A stretch of DNA of 31,690 bases from Methanobacteriota archaeon (GTDB lineage Archaea > Hydrothermarchaeota > Hydrothermarchaeia > Hydrothermarchaeales > JACRDW01): the NCBI GenBank assembly GCA_043820925.1, contig JBDRDL010000023.1:1-31690 (forward strand), in the 5' to 3' direction. This document shows, one piece after another, positions 1 to 9,417 of the stretch; the first letter of the stretch is position 1, and every line of letters starts with the position of its first letter. Made by a program: the position numbers and the translations under genes. The notes below the pieces were generated by a model. It searched no databases. It worked only from the letters and a program-made list of their open reading frames with translations, and was not told the origin of the DNA.

Positions 1-738
1 CTGCAATACATCTTGCCTATATCTCAATAAGGCATCCTTTATATCCTTCCTCAAATTTACGTACTGCCTCGCAAATTTAGGGACATATCTGTCGAATAAG
101 CCGAGCAAATCATGGAGTACCAAAATCTGCCCGTCGCAGTATCTTCCTGCACCTATACCTATAGTTGGAGCTGATATTGATTCGGTTATCTGCCTTCCAA
201 GTTTTTCTGGTATGCATTCCAGGACTAAAGCGAAAATGCCTGCTTCATCCAGAGCTTTTGCTTCTCCTAAAATTCTCTGAGCTTCTGCTTCTCCTCTTCC
301 CTGAACTTTATAACCGTGCATGGTCTGCGGGGTTAAGCCGAGATGCCCCATCACAGGAATGTTATTTTTAATCAAAGCCTCAACTACCTCGGTATTACAG
401 CCTTCTGTCTTCACGACTTGCGCGCCTGCACCTATAAAGCGCTTTGCATTTTTTATCGCATCTCTCGGAGTGTTATAGGTATTAACCGGCATATCTCCAA
501 CTATTAGAGTATTTTTCGCTCCCCTCGCAACTGCCTTAGTGTGGTGAACCATATCGTCCATAGTTACTGGAAGTGGATTTTCGTATCCAAGCACAACGAC
601 GCCTAGAGAGTCGCCGACCAGAATGAGATCTATTCCCGCCTCCTCAACGAGCTTTGCTGTCGGGTAGTCATACGCAGTCAGCGCAACGATTTTTTCTTCT
701 CCTTTCTTTGCTTTTATCCGCAGGATTTTCTCAGCCAT
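1..738 (-). CDS. panB: 3-methyl-2-oxobutanoate hydroxymethyltransferase, 3' end outside the window
   Basis: Not in the ORF track. Manual translation from ATG at 738 includes KIVALTAYDYPTAKLVEEAGIDLILVGDSLGVVVLG...VTMDDMVHHTKAVARG, with the PanB TAYD and LVGDSLG motifs. The frame runs off the window edge. Confidence 0.95.
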   Translation of the reverse strand, partial: MAEKILRIKAKKGEEKIVALTAYDYPTAKLVEEAGIDLILVGDSLGVVVLGYENPLPVTMDDMVHHTKAVARGAKNTLIVGDMPVNTYNTPRDAIKNAKRFIGAGAQVVKTEGCNTEVVEALIKNNIPVMGHLGLTPQTMHGYKVQGRGEAEAQRILGEAKALDEAGIFALVLECIPEKLGRQITESISAPTIGIGAGRYCDGQILVLHDLLGLFDRYVPKFARQYVNLRKDIKDALLRYRQDVLQ

Positions 739-830
739 GAAGCGTATTCAGCTTCTGTAATTAAAAGGTTTTTGCAGCAATTCAATTATTTTTGCGAATG
801 TGGATAATTTTTTATTATATGGTGAAAATA

Positions 831-1076
831 ATGAAATATGGTATTGAGAAAAAGAAAGTGGATAGACAGGGCAGATTCGTGTTACCAGCAGACTGGCGCA
901 GAGCAGAGCTGAAGGAAGCAAAAGAAGTGTACATCTTCAAGAGAGAAGGGTATCTCAAGATAGTGCCAAAAAAGAAAGTTGACTTAACTGCTTTCTTCGA
1001 TAAAGCCGACTTGGGCGTTGACGCCATCGACGACTGGGATGAATTCGAAAAGAAGTTTTACGGTGAAAAGATTTGA
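831..1076 (+). CDS. AbrB/MazE/SpoVT-family antitoxin
   Basis: KKVDRQGRFVLPADWR is an AbrB-type motif. A GGTGA RBS lies upstream of ATG 831. The stop overlaps the start of a PIN gene. Confidence 0.85.
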   Translation: MKYGIEKKKVDRQGRFVLPADWRRAELKEAKEVYIFKREGYLKIVPKKKVDLTAFFDKADLGVDAIDDWDEFEKKFYGEKI

Positions 1077-1492
1077 AATTCCTCGATGCGAACATTTTCA
1101 TATACGCATACTACAAGCCCCATGTAGAGCTTGACAAGGCGCAGAAAGTGATGAAGGTAAAATCCAAAGAAATCGTAAAAGAGATAAACAACGGAAAGCT
1201 TGAAGTTCTCACCACCGTTGTGCATCTGTCGGAGATTTCCAATATTCTGAAGCGCTCTTTAAGCATCACGGATTTGGAGGCGCTGCTTATGACCCTATAT
1301 TCCATGAACAACGTAAAAATCGAAGGGGTTTCTTCCGAGGATTACCTGCTTGCAGTCGACACGGCAAGCGAACTAAACCTCGACCCGAATGATGCGCTGG
1401 CGATAAATGCAATGCAGAAGAATAAAATCAGCGAGATACTTTCGTTTGACAAGGGGTTTGACGGCGTGGCCGGGATTAAGAGGGTGCCGTAA
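1073..1492 (+). CDS. vapC: PIN-domain VapC-type toxin
   Basis: FLDANIF...E...DPNDAL...SFDKGFD is the PIN acidic-residue pattern. Translationally coupled to the antitoxin. Confidence 0.92.
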   Translation: MKFLDANIFIYAYYKPHVELDKAQKVMKVKSKEIVKEINNGKLEVLTTVVHLSEISNILKRSLSITDLEALLMTLYSMNNVKIEGVSSEDYLLAVDTASELNLDPNDALAINAMQKNKISEILSFDKGFDGVAGIKRVP

Positions 1493-1542
1493 AATTTGCA
1501 TATGTTTTGCCATTTGATTTTGATATAAAATTATAATCCTAT

Positions 1543-2364
1543 TTATAACCTCGTCCCTTCCTTCAGCTCCCTCGCAAGCTTTCGCAGCTCCTCGCTTGCT
1601 TCGCCTTTTTTTTCAGCTATGAGCTTAACAAACGCACTTCCTACTACGACGCCTTGCGCACCAGCCTTTATAATCTCCTGCACATGCTCCTTCTTCGAAA
1701 TTCCAAAGCCGACTGCAAGGGGCAGTTTTTTCTCCTGAGCATATCTGAAAGCCCACTTAGTCTTTTCAATCGCCGCTTCCTGTAATTTTTCTCTTGCGCC
1801 GGTTGTGCCGAGCAACGAGACTAAATAAATAAATCCGCTGGCGCTGGGCAGAATCTTTTTCAGGCGCTCTTCAGTCGTCGTTGGAGCAATTAAAAAAATG
1901 AAATCCACGCCATATCTTTCGCAGTATCTGAGCACGCTTTTTGCTTCCTCCACCGGCAAGTCCGAAATCAAAATTCCCTCGACTCCAACTTCTTTGCATT
2001 TTCTAATGAACCTCTCCTCGCCGTACTGCAAAACTATGTTGTAGTAGGTCATGAAAATGAAGGGAGTTTTTATTCCTTCCCTTCTGAGTCTTCTGACTGT
2101 TTCAAAGGCGATATCTGTGTTCATTCCTGCCTTGAGTGCCCTGTCTATCGCTGCCTGAATAGTCGGTCCGTCGGCAATTGGGTCTGTGAAGGGAATGCCA
2201 AGCTCCAGAATATCAACGCTTTCTGCGAGAGATTTTACCAGCTTCTCAGAGGTTGCAATGTCGGGGTCGCCCAACGTTAAATAACCTATGAGAGCACCCT
2301 CGTTCCTCTGTTTGAGCTCCTCAAACTTTGCTTCTATTCTGCTTCTCTGCTTGGTTTTTAACAT
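1543..2364 (-). CDS. trpA: Tryptophan synthase alpha chain
   Basis: ELGIPFTDPIADGPTIQ, YYN, GTTGAR, VGFGIS and GVVVGSA motifs. Confidence 0.98.
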   Translation of the reverse strand: MLKTKQRSRIEAKFEELKQRNEGALIGYLTLGDPDIATSEKLVKSLAESVDILELGIPFTDPIADGPTIQAAIDRALKAGMNTDIAFETVRRLRREGIKTPFIFMTYYNIVLQYGEERFIRKCKEVGVEGILISDLPVEEAKSVLRYCERYGVDFIFLIAPTTTEERLKKILPSASGFIYLVSLLGTTGAREKLQEAAIEKTKWAFRYAQEKKLPLAVGFGISKKEHVQEIIKAGAQGVVVGSAFVKLIAEKKGEASEELRKLARELKEGTRL

Positions 2365-2421
2365 GATTCCTTATAAGAAGTCCATAAATTATAAAAGTAT
2401 CTGTGTAGAAAAAGTGACAGA

Positions 2422-2604
2422 ATGAGCGTTAAGGTTAATGCAATGCTGTGCATGTCCTGCGGAGGCTGTGTAGGAGTCTGCCCCTCGCTTGCGCTTGAGC
2501 TGGAAAATGGGTCAAATCTCATATTGACGGACGAAAACTGCACGAGCTGCGGTATATGTGAGAGATTCTGTCCTGTAGGTGCAGTAAAAGTTAATTCTCG
2601 TTAA
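2422..2604 (+). CDS. 2x[4Fe-4S] ferredoxin, likely electron donor to the adjacent GGR
   Basis: Two CxxCxxCxxxCP motifs (CMSCGGCVGVCP, CTSCGICERFCP); 11 nt upstream of GGR. Confidence 0.95.
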   Translation: MSVKVNAMLCMSCGGCVGVCPSLALELENGSNLILTDENCTSCGICERFCPVGAVKVNSR

Positions 2605-2615
2605 GAGGTGATTGT

Positions 2616-3797
2616 GTGGATACTGATTATGACGTCATCGTTATAGGCGCTGGACCGGGAGGCTGCCATGCTGCTCGAACGGCTGCTGAAAATGGACTGC
2701 AGGTGCTGCTCGTAGAGAAGAGGCAAGAAATAGGAGCGCCGAAGAGGTGCGGCGAAGGTTTATCTATTGGAGGAATAAAAAACCTCGGCTTGAAGCCGGA
2801 CCCGAAGTGGGCTATGAACGAGATAAGGGGAGCGAGCGTTTATGCCCCGAACGGCAGGAAAATTTCGATAAGATACGAGAGTACAATAGGCTATATTTTA
2901 GAGAGGAAGATGTTTGATAAGTACCTCGCTATTCAAGCTGCAAGAGCAGGAGCAAGAGTGCTTGCGAAAACTGCTGCAACTGGATTGGTCATAGAGAACG
3001 GCTTCGTGAAAGGGGCGAAGTTCGCTAATTTTGGAGAAAATTATGAGCTGAGCTCAAAAATAGTAATCGCAGCAGATGGCGTCGAGTCAAAGGCAGCGAG
3101 GTGGGCTGGCATTAATACGACGAACAAGCTGATAGATATCGACTCTGGATTTCAGTATGAGATGGTTTTAGAATTAGAGGAGCCGGACATGCTGGAGCTT
3201 TACTTCGGCTTGAAAGTAGCTCCCAGAGGCTATGTGTGGATTTTTCCAAAGGGGAAAGATGTCGCAAACGTGGGAATAGGAATAGGCGGGAAAGAAATCG
3301 GACCTGCAAAAAAATACCTGGATAAATTCATTCAGGAGCATCCAAACTTAAAGAGGGGAAGCATAATAGAAGTAAATGCGGGAGGCATTCCGGTAGGCGA
3401 CCCTGTTAAGAAGCTCGCAACAAATGGATTTATGATAGTCGGAGATGCTGCGCACCAAGTAAACGCAATTCATGGAGGAGGCATTCACGAAGCTTCTGTA
3501 GCAGGGATGATTGCAGGAAGAGTTGCGGCAGAGGCTGTGAAGAAGGGCGACTTCTCTGAGAAAGTACTTGCGCAGTACGAGAAAGAATGGAGGGAAAAGA
3601 GGGGAAAAGTACTGCACAAAATCGTCAAGCTGAGGCAGACTATTGAAAAATTATCAGACGAAGACCTAAACATGCTTGCTGAAAATCTTACAGGCGAAGA
3701 TTTGGTGGAGTTTGCAAAGGGCAGAAGATTCGTAAAACTTGCGAAAATACTGATACGCAGTCCGCATTTGATGCGGATTGCAAAGATTTTAATATAG
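2616..3797 (+). CDS. Digeranylgeranylglycerophospholipid reductase (archaeal geranylgeranyl reductase)
   Basis: GAGPGG FAD motif, RCGEG, ADGVES, PRGYVWIFPKG and GDAA...GGGI motifs. GAGGTGA RBS. Confidence 0.93.
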   Translation: MDTDYDVIVIGAGPGGCHAARTAAENGLQVLLVEKRQEIGAPKRCGEGLSIGGIKNLGLKPDPKWAMNEIRGASVYAPNGRKISIRYESTIGYILERKMFDKYLAIQAARAGARVLAKTAATGLVIENGFVKGAKFANFGENYELSSKIVIAADGVESKAARWAGINTTNKLIDIDSGFQYEMVLELEEPDMLELYFGLKVAPRGYVWIFPKGKDVANVGIGIGGKEIGPAKKYLDKFIQEHPNLKRGSIIEVNAGGIPVGDPVKKLATNGFMIVGDAAHQVNAIHGGGIHEASVAGMIAGRVAAEAVKKGDFSEKVLAQYEKEWREKRGKVLHKIVKLRQTIEKLSDEDLNMLAENLTGEDLVEFAKGRRFVKLAKILIRSPHLMRIAKILI

Positions 3798-3822
3798 AGT
3801 AAGCCTAAATTACACGGTAGCT

Positions 3823-3969
3823 ATGGTAGAAAAGATTATGGTCTGTGAAGAGTGCGGCAAGATGTTCAGGATTAAATACGATTTACTATCCGAAGCTAAA
3901 TGTCCGAGCTGCGACGGTAATAAAATTATGAGCATTTACAGGCAGTACAATATAAGAGAGAGGCTGTGA
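3823..3969 (+). CDS. Small zinc-ribbon protein (48 aa, CxxC-x15-CPxC, FmdB-like)
   Basis: Manual translation: MVEKIMVCEECGKMFRIKYDLLSEAKCPSCDGNKIMSIYRQYNIRERL*. Fills the gap between GGR and hisS. Confidence 0.75.
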   Translation: MVEKIMVCEECGKMFRIKYDLLSEAKCPSCDGNKIMSIYRQYNIRERL

Positions 3970-3990
3970 TTTCTTTTTCTTGGTGATGAG

Positions 3991-5262
3991 ATGCAATTCA
4001 CTAGACCGAGGGGTACAAGGGATTTTCTTCCCGAGGAGATGGCAAGGCGGCGCTATGCCGAGAAGATTATGCGGGAGACCTTCGAGAGCTACGGCTACCG
4101 AGAAATCCAGACACCAGTATTTGAGAGCTTGGAGCTTATTACCGCAAAGTCAGGAGAGGATATTGTAAAGCACCTGTACGACTTTAAGGATAAATCCCAG
4201 CGCAGCCTTGCGCTGAGACCTGAGCTAACGCTGCCTGTCATGCGCCTGTACATAAGCGAGCTGCAGTTCAAGCCGAAGCCGGTAAAGCTCTACTACTTCG
4301 GCAACTGCTTCCGCTACGAGGAGCCGCAAGCAGGTCGCTACAGGGAATTCTGGCAGGCGGGCGTAGAATTGATAGGAACAAGCTATCCAGAGGCAGAGGC
4401 AGAAGTTATTGCTGTAGCGGTTGAAGTTTTGAAAAAGCTCGGGCTAAAAGATTTCGAGCTGCACATCGGCAACATAGGAATTCTGAGAAAAATTCTCCGG
4501 GAAAGCGGGGCAGCGGAAAAAGAGCAAGGAAAGATACTCCACCTGATAGATAAAGGAGAAAGAGGAGAGCTGGAAAATTTTTTAAACAAGCTTAAAATTT
4601 CTGAAGAGAACAAGCAGGTGCTCCTAAAAATTCTTAATCTTGCAGGGGATAAAAAAGAGGTTATCTCAAGGGCAGGAGGGCTACTTAAGGGTAGACCTGC
4701 CCTACTGAAAGAGCTTGAAAAACTTGAAAGCATCTTGAGATTTTTAGATTTAAAATACTCGCTGAATCTCGGAATAGCGAGAGGTCTGGACTACTATTCC
4801 GGTATGGTTTTTGAAATATATGCAAACAAGCTGGGCGCCCAGAAGCAAATTTGCGGGGGCGGCACTTACTCGCTCGGCAGCGTGCTCGGAGGAGAGGAAA
4901 CGGCTACCTGCGGCTTTGCATTCGGATTCGACAGGGTAATGCTTGCTCTGGAGGCGGAAAAAGTAGATTTTAACCTCGGTAACAAAACCCAAATCTTAGT
5001 TGTGCCTGTTAGCGAGGGCTTGCTCGATGAGGCTATTAAAATTTCGTCGATTATCAGGAAAAGCTTTTCCTGCGAAGTAGACTTAATGAGGCGCAAGTTA
5101 AGCAAAGCTCTCGCATATGCAAACAGCGAGGGCATTCCATTCGTAGTTATACTCGGAGATGAGGAGCTTGCAAAAGACAGCGTAACGCTCAGGAACATGA
5201 AAACCGGGGAGCAAAAAGAGATAAAGCTAAACGAATTAGAAAAGATAGGAGAGAAAATATGA
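3991..5262 (+). CDS. hisS: Histidine--tRNA ligase
   Basis: RPRGTRDF, LRPELT, FRYEEPQAGRYREFWQ, RGLDYY and GGG motifs plus a C-terminal anticodon-binding domain. Confidence 0.97.
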   Translation: MQFTRPRGTRDFLPEEMARRRYAEKIMRETFESYGYREIQTPVFESLELITAKSGEDIVKHLYDFKDKSQRSLALRPELTLPVMRLYISELQFKPKPVKLYYFGNCFRYEEPQAGRYREFWQAGVELIGTSYPEAEAEVIAVAVEVLKKLGLKDFELHIGNIGILRKILRESGAAEKEQGKILHLIDKGERGELENFLNKLKISEENKQVLLKILNLAGDKKEVISRAGGLLKGRPALLKELEKLESILRFLDLKYSLNLGIARGLDYYSGMVFEIYANKLGAQKQICGGGTYSLGSVLGGEETATCGFAFGFDRVMLALEAEKVDFNLGNKTQILVVPVSEGLLDEAIKISSIIRKSFSCEVDLMRRKLSKALAYANSEGIPFVVILGDEELAKDSVTLRNMKTGEQKEIKLNELEKIGEKI

Positions 5263-5666
5263 GTGAAATTCTGCAAAAGGCAAACTTCAGGATTGATATG
5301 GGCGGGGAAAATCTTGCAATTGCAATTTCCCAGGATTATAAAACAAGCGAAATTCTAATGGTCGCTTTCATGAACAGGGAAGCGCTTGAGAAGACTCTCA
5401 AAACGAAAAAGATGCACTACTTCAGCACTTCAAGGAAAAAACTCTGGCTGAAGGGCGAGACTTCCAAGCACTACCAGATAGTAAAGGAAGTGCTCATCGA
5501 CTGCGACGGCGATGCGCTGGTGTTCAAAGTTGAGCAGAGCGATGCAGCCTGCCACGAGGGCTACTACTCCTGCTTCTTCAGAAAGCTGGAAGGTAACGAA
5601 CTGAAAATCATCGGTAAAAAAATCTTTGAACTGAAGGAGATATATGGGTCAAGACCGAGGTCTTAA
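5259..5666 (+). CDS. hisI: Phosphoribosyl-AMP cyclohydrolase
   Basis: LWLKGETS, DCDGDAL and ACHEGYYSCF motifs. Confidence 0.97.
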   Translation: MSEILQKANFRIDMGGENLAIAISQDYKTSEILMVAFMNREALEKTLKTKKMHYFSTSRKKLWLKGETSKHYQIVKEVLIDCDGDALVFKVEQSDAACHEGYYSCFFRKLEGNELKIIGKKIFELKEIYGSRPRS

Positions 5667-5726
5667 AACGTAGAAAATTTGCGAATGCAAATTTTCAGAC
5701 GTTTAAAAACGAAGGGATTGAAAATG
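5645..5726 (+). repeat. Short member of the palindromic intergenic element family (E1)
   Basis: TGGGTCAAGAC is shared with E2 and E3. Hairpins AAGAC-CGAG-GTCTT and GAAAATTTGC-GAAT-GCAAATTTTC. Ends GAAGGGATTGAAAATG, like E2 and E3. Confidence 0.6.
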
Positions 5727-7526
5727 ATATTAATTCCAGATACAAGCGTCGTAATAGACGGAAGAATCACAAAGCTGCTTAGGAAAAAGCAGTACCAGAA
5801 CAGCAGGGTGATTGTGCCAGAAGCTGTTGTGGCTGAAATAGAAAACCAAGCGAACAGGGGCAAGGAGAGCGGATTCAAAGGCTTGGAAGAACTCAACATG
5901 CTGAGAAAGTTCAGCGACAAGGGTTTAATGAAATTAGAGTACGCCGGAAAGAGACCGAGAACATTTGAATTCGGGGATAACGACGAAATTATAAGGAATA
6001 CTGCGAGTGAAGCTGGCGGCATTCTCGTTACAAGCGACAAAATTCAATCAAAGGTAGCGAGAAGCAAGGGCATAGAAGTGCTCTATCTGGAGCCGAAGAA
6101 AATAAAAAGGAAGTTGAGCATTCTGAAATTCTTTGACGAGGCGACGATGAGCGTTCACCTTCGAGATAAAGTCGTGCCCATGGCTAAAAGGGGGAAGCCG
6201 GGCGAAATCAAGCTTGTAAAACTATCGGACAAACCCTGCACTGAAAGAGAATTGGTCGAGATTGCAAGGGAAATAATAGAATATGCGAAGGTCGACAGAG
6301 ACAGCTTTATAGAAATTGAGAGGAAGGGAGCAACCGTTGTGCAGCTCGGGCAGCTGAGAATCGCAATCGCAAGACCGCCCTTCAGCGACGGCTATGAAAT
6401 AACTGCGGTGCGTCCAATTGCAGAAGTTAAACTGGAAGACTACAGGCTTTCTGAAAAACTCATGAGCAGGCTGCGAGACAGAGCAGAGGGAATACTCGTC
6501 GCAGGACCACCGGGAGCTGGAAAATCTACATTTTCTCAAGCTCTGGCAGAATTTTACAAAGATCAGGGAAAAATCGTAAAGACTATGGAATCGCCCAGAG
6601 ATTTGATGGTTAGCGACGAAATAACGCAGTATGCTCCGCTGGAAGGAGACATGGAGAAAACTGCCGACATCCTGCTTCTGGTAAGACCTGACTACACGAT
6701 TTACGACGAGATGAGAAAGACAAAAGATTTCCAGCTATTCGCAGACATGCGTCTTGCCGGAGTTGGCATGGTTGGTGTCGTGCATGCCAGTAAGGGAATA
6801 GATGCTGTACAGAGGTTAATCGGAAGGGTAGAGCTCGGAATGATACCTCAAATCGTAGATACCATTGTTTTTATAAAGGACGGAAAAATACAGAAAATTT
6901 ACAAGTTAAACTTTACTGTCAAGGTTCCGTGCGGCATGACCGAATCAGACCTTGCAAGACCTGTGATTGAGGTGAAGGATTTTGAAACAGAGGCGACCGA
7001 ATACGAGATTTATACATTTGGGGAAGAGACCATCGTAATGCCGAGCTTCTCGATAGAAAAAGAAACGATGCTGGAAAAATTAGCGGCAGAGCGTGTGGTG
7101 CAGGAAATAAAAAAAATTGCTCCAAAGGCTTTTGTAGAGGCTGATGTGAAAGGCTCCAGAGCAACGATTTGGGTTGAGGAGAAATTCATCCCGTTAATAA
7201 TCGGCAAGCAGGGGAGGAATATAGAAAGAATAGAGAAAATCCTGGGAGTAAGCATCGATGTCCTGGCATTCGAAGAGAAGGAGTTATCAAGAGAACCGAA
7301 AAAAGCAGTCGAAGTGAGTATCGAAGAGACCGAAAACTATTTAATCCTGCAGATAGGCTCAAAATTCTCTGGAAAAAATGTCAGGATTTATGTGGACAAC
7401 TCCCCCATCTTCACTGCAATCATAGGAAGGAGGGGGGAGATTAAAGTCGGCAAGGGCAGCAGTATAGCCCAGCAGCTCGTGGATGCTGTAAGAACGAATG
7501 GAAAAATTTATGCTGTTGCGGAGTAA
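5724..7526 (+). CDS. PINc/VapC-domain ATPase with KH domain (PINA, Holliday junction branch-migration ATPase family)
   Basis: N-terminal PIN domain (PDTSVVIDG), Walker A GPPGAGKST, YDEMR Walker B and C-terminal KH motif IIGKQG. Start reassigned to ATG 5724. Confidence 0.93.
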   Translation: MILIPDTSVVIDGRITKLLRKKQYQNSRVIVPEAVVAEIENQANRGKESGFKGLEELNMLRKFSDKGLMKLEYAGKRPRTFEFGDNDEIIRNTASEAGGILVTSDKIQSKVARSKGIEVLYLEPKKIKRKLSILKFFDEATMSVHLRDKVVPMAKRGKPGEIKLVKLSDKPCTERELVEIAREIIEYAKVDRDSFIEIERKGATVVQLGQLRIAIARPPFSDGYEITAVRPIAEVKLEDYRLSEKLMSRLRDRAEGILVAGPPGAGKSTFSQALAEFYKDQGKIVKTMESPRDLMVSDEITQYAPLEGDMEKTADILLLVRPDYTIYDEMRKTKDFQLFADMRLAGVGMVGVVHASKGIDAVQRLIGRVELGMIPQIVDTIVFIKDGKIQKIYKLNFTVKVPCGMTESDLARPVIEVKDFETEATEYEIYTFGEETIVMPSFSIEKETMLEKLAAERVVQEIKKIAPKAFVEADVKGSRATIWVEEKFIPLIIGKQGRNIERIEKILGVSIDVLAFEEKELSREPKKAVEVSIEETENYLILQIGSKFSGKNVRIYVDNSPIFTAIIGRRGEIKVGKGSSIAQQLVDAVRTNGKIYAVAE

Positions 7527-7542
7527 AATCTCAGCACTTGTC

Positions 7543-7666
7543 AGCACTTCGCCAGCAAGCTTTTCACATTAGTGGATACGAATGCTGGCTTGCGCCGACA
7601 CCCAAGTGGGTCAAGACACGACGAACAACGAACGAAGTGAGTTGTGAGGAGTGGATTGAAATGAAG
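7543..7666 (+). repeat. Palindromic intergenic element E2 (modules B and C)
   Basis: An 80-nt segment aligns with the reverse complement of 10471-10548. The 3' end AGGAGTGGATTGAAATGAAG matches the nop5 leader. Confidence 0.85.
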
Positions 7667-7810
7667 AGGGAAATGGAAGGAATACTGGTCAGGGAAAAAG
7701 ACGTGCTGAGCATAAAAACAAGCGACGGCAAGAGCAGGCTGATTTACAACCTTTTCGACGGCTTCAGCGGCAAGAAAGTAAAAGTTACTGTTGAAGAAGT
7801 GGAAGATTGA
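7661..7810 (+). CDS. Small hypothetical protein (49 aa)
   Basis: MKREMEGILVREKDVLSIKTSDGKSRLIYNLFDGFSGKKVKVTVEEVED, with a GAGGAG RBS. The stop overlaps the TTG start of the next gene. Confidence 0.7.
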   Translation: MKREMEGILVREKDVLSIKTSDGKSRLIYNLFDGFSGKKVKVTVEEVED

Positions 7811-8769
7811 AAATCTTCTGGCTCAGCGGTAGCGAAGTCAGTAAAGTTTTGGAGATTGGTGAAGTTATAAAAGTTGTGGAAGAAGCCTTTCGGCAGCACG
7901 GACTGAAAAAAGTTCAGATGCCTCCGAAGGTTTATTTATCCTTTTCCAACGGCGACCTGCGCACCATGCCTGCGTATATAGAATCTCTGGGCATCGCAGG
8001 TGTTAAAATCGTTACTGCGCATCCAGAGAATCCGAAGAAGGGGCTACCGACAGTGATGGGTGTCGTAGTTCTCAACGACCCAGAAACTGGGGCGCCCATT
8101 GCGGTGATGGACGGAACGTATTTAACGGACATGCGAACAGGTGCAGCCGGTGCAGTTGCAGTCAAGTATCTCGCAAGGAAAAACTCAAGAACCGTCGGAA
8201 TTATTGGCGCTGGCAGACAGGCGAGGACACAGCTTCAGGCAATCAGCAAAGTAATTGAAATCGAGGAAGTGAAAATAGCAAGTAGGTCAAGCGAGGAGCT
8301 TGAAAAATTTTTGAAAGAGATGTCAGAATATGAAATAACGCCGAAAACAATTGAAGAAGCCTGCGAGTGCGATGTACTGGTAACAACTACGCCAGTGAGA
8401 GAGCCGATCATTAAAAATGAGTGGATTTCGGAGGGCATGCACATAAACGCAATCGGTGCAGATGCGCCTGGCAAGGAAGAACTCGACCCGGAGCTGCTGA
8501 AGAGGGCAAAAATAGTAGTTGATGACCTTGCGCAGGCTTCTCACTCTGGAGAAATCAACGTTCCCCTCGCAAAAGGTGTTATTAAGCTCAGCGACGTATA
8601 CTGCGAGCTGGGCGAGATGATCGTAGGGGAAAAATCAGGAAGAACCAACGAGGAAGAGATAACCATATTCGATTCTACAGGCTTGGCGATACAGGACATT
8701 GCAACTGGAAATCTGGTCTATCAAAAGGCAAGGAGAAAAAAACTTGGGAGAGAGCTGGAATTATTCTAG
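7807..8769 (+). CDS. ala: Archaeal alanine dehydrogenase (ornithine cyclodeaminase/mu-crystallin family)
   Basis: GDLRTMP, GVKIVTAHPENPKKGLPTV, RTGAAG, GAGRQA, GADAPGKEE and FDSTGLAIQD motifs. Confidence 0.85.
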   Translation: MKIFWLSGSEVSKVLEIGEVIKVVEEAFRQHGLKKVQMPPKVYLSFSNGDLRTMPAYIESLGIAGVKIVTAHPENPKKGLPTVMGVVVLNDPETGAPIAVMDGTYLTDMRTGAAGAVAVKYLARKNSRTVGIIGAGRQARTQLQAISKVIEIEEVKIASRSSEELEKFLKEMSEYEITPKTIEEACECDVLVTTTPVREPIIKNEWISEGMHINAIGADAPGKEELDPELLKRAKIVVDDLAQASHSGEINVPLAKGVIKLSDVYCELGEMIVGEKSGRTNEEEITIFDSTGLAIQDIATGNLVYQKARRKKLGRELELF

Positions 8770-9417
8770 TGCCCTTCCAACCACAAGAACATGGTCCTTT
8801 TCATAAGGCTCAAGGTAAACTACATCTGAGATTTTAAAGAATTTTTTTAGTTTTTCAATTTCTGCATCAAATATCTCTTTTGGTTTTTTGCTGACGTCAA
8901 TGCTTCTTGCCTTTATCGCTATTATAACGCTGCCACCGGGCTTTAGATAGCTACCTGCATTTTCTATCAAAATCTCAGACTGATTCGGCTGGGCTATGTC
9001 CTGGTATACAACATCACACCTTTCAACTAAGCCGGAGTACTGCCCCGGCTGGGAAGCGTCTGCGAAAATCGGTATCATGTTTTTTCTAAGCTCGCATACT
9101 TCGAGCAGTTTTACGAAGACTCTTGGAGAAAAGTCAATGCAAAAGACCAGTCCCTGCGAGGCAATATCAGATATGTGCGACGCTGTCGTGCCGGAGGCAG
9201 CTCCGAGGTATAGAACTTTTGAATTCTCGCTTAAAGGTAGCTCCTTTAAGCCGTTGAATATCGCAGCCGCAAGCTTGCTCCTGTTAGGATTCCAGAGCCT
9301 GTACTCTACTTCGTCTTCCTGAACGAGCTTCTCTCCGTATACTTTTCTCCCAGTTGCGAGATTTTTTGTTGCAAGCTTATCATCAATCAGATAAACTCCT
9401 CTGAATTTTTCTATCAT
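8761..9417 (-). CDS. flpA: Fibrillarin-like rRNA/tRNA 2'-O-methyltransferase
   Basis: VYGEK, WNPNRSKLAAAI, VLYLGAASGTTASH, DIAQPNQ and LEPYEKDH motifs. Confidence 0.97.
   Translation of the reverse strand: MIEKFRGVYLIDDKLATKNLATGRKVYGEKLVQEDEVEYRLWNPNRSKLAAAIFNGLKELPLSENSKVLYLGAASGTTASHISDIASQGLVFCIDFSPRVFVKLLEVCELRKNMIPIFADASQPGQYSGLVERCDVVYQDIAQPNQSEILIENAGSYLKPGGSVIIAIKARSIDVSKKPKEIFDAEIEKLKKFFKISDVVYLEPYEKDHVLVVGRALE

Noticed and set aside
739..1542. Flanking duplications around the first TA pair (also checked for 27880-28487)
   Set aside because: No convincing direct repeat or duplicated gene end was found by eye.
5724..7526. PIN-ATPase as a toxin or defence gene
   Set aside because: The PIN-ATPase-KH architecture is the conserved archaeal PINA family, a housekeeping gene.
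7531..7549. TCAGCACTT direct repeat as a target-site duplication of element E2
   Set aside because: Both copies are on the same side of the element, so this is a local tandem duplication, not a flanking TSD.
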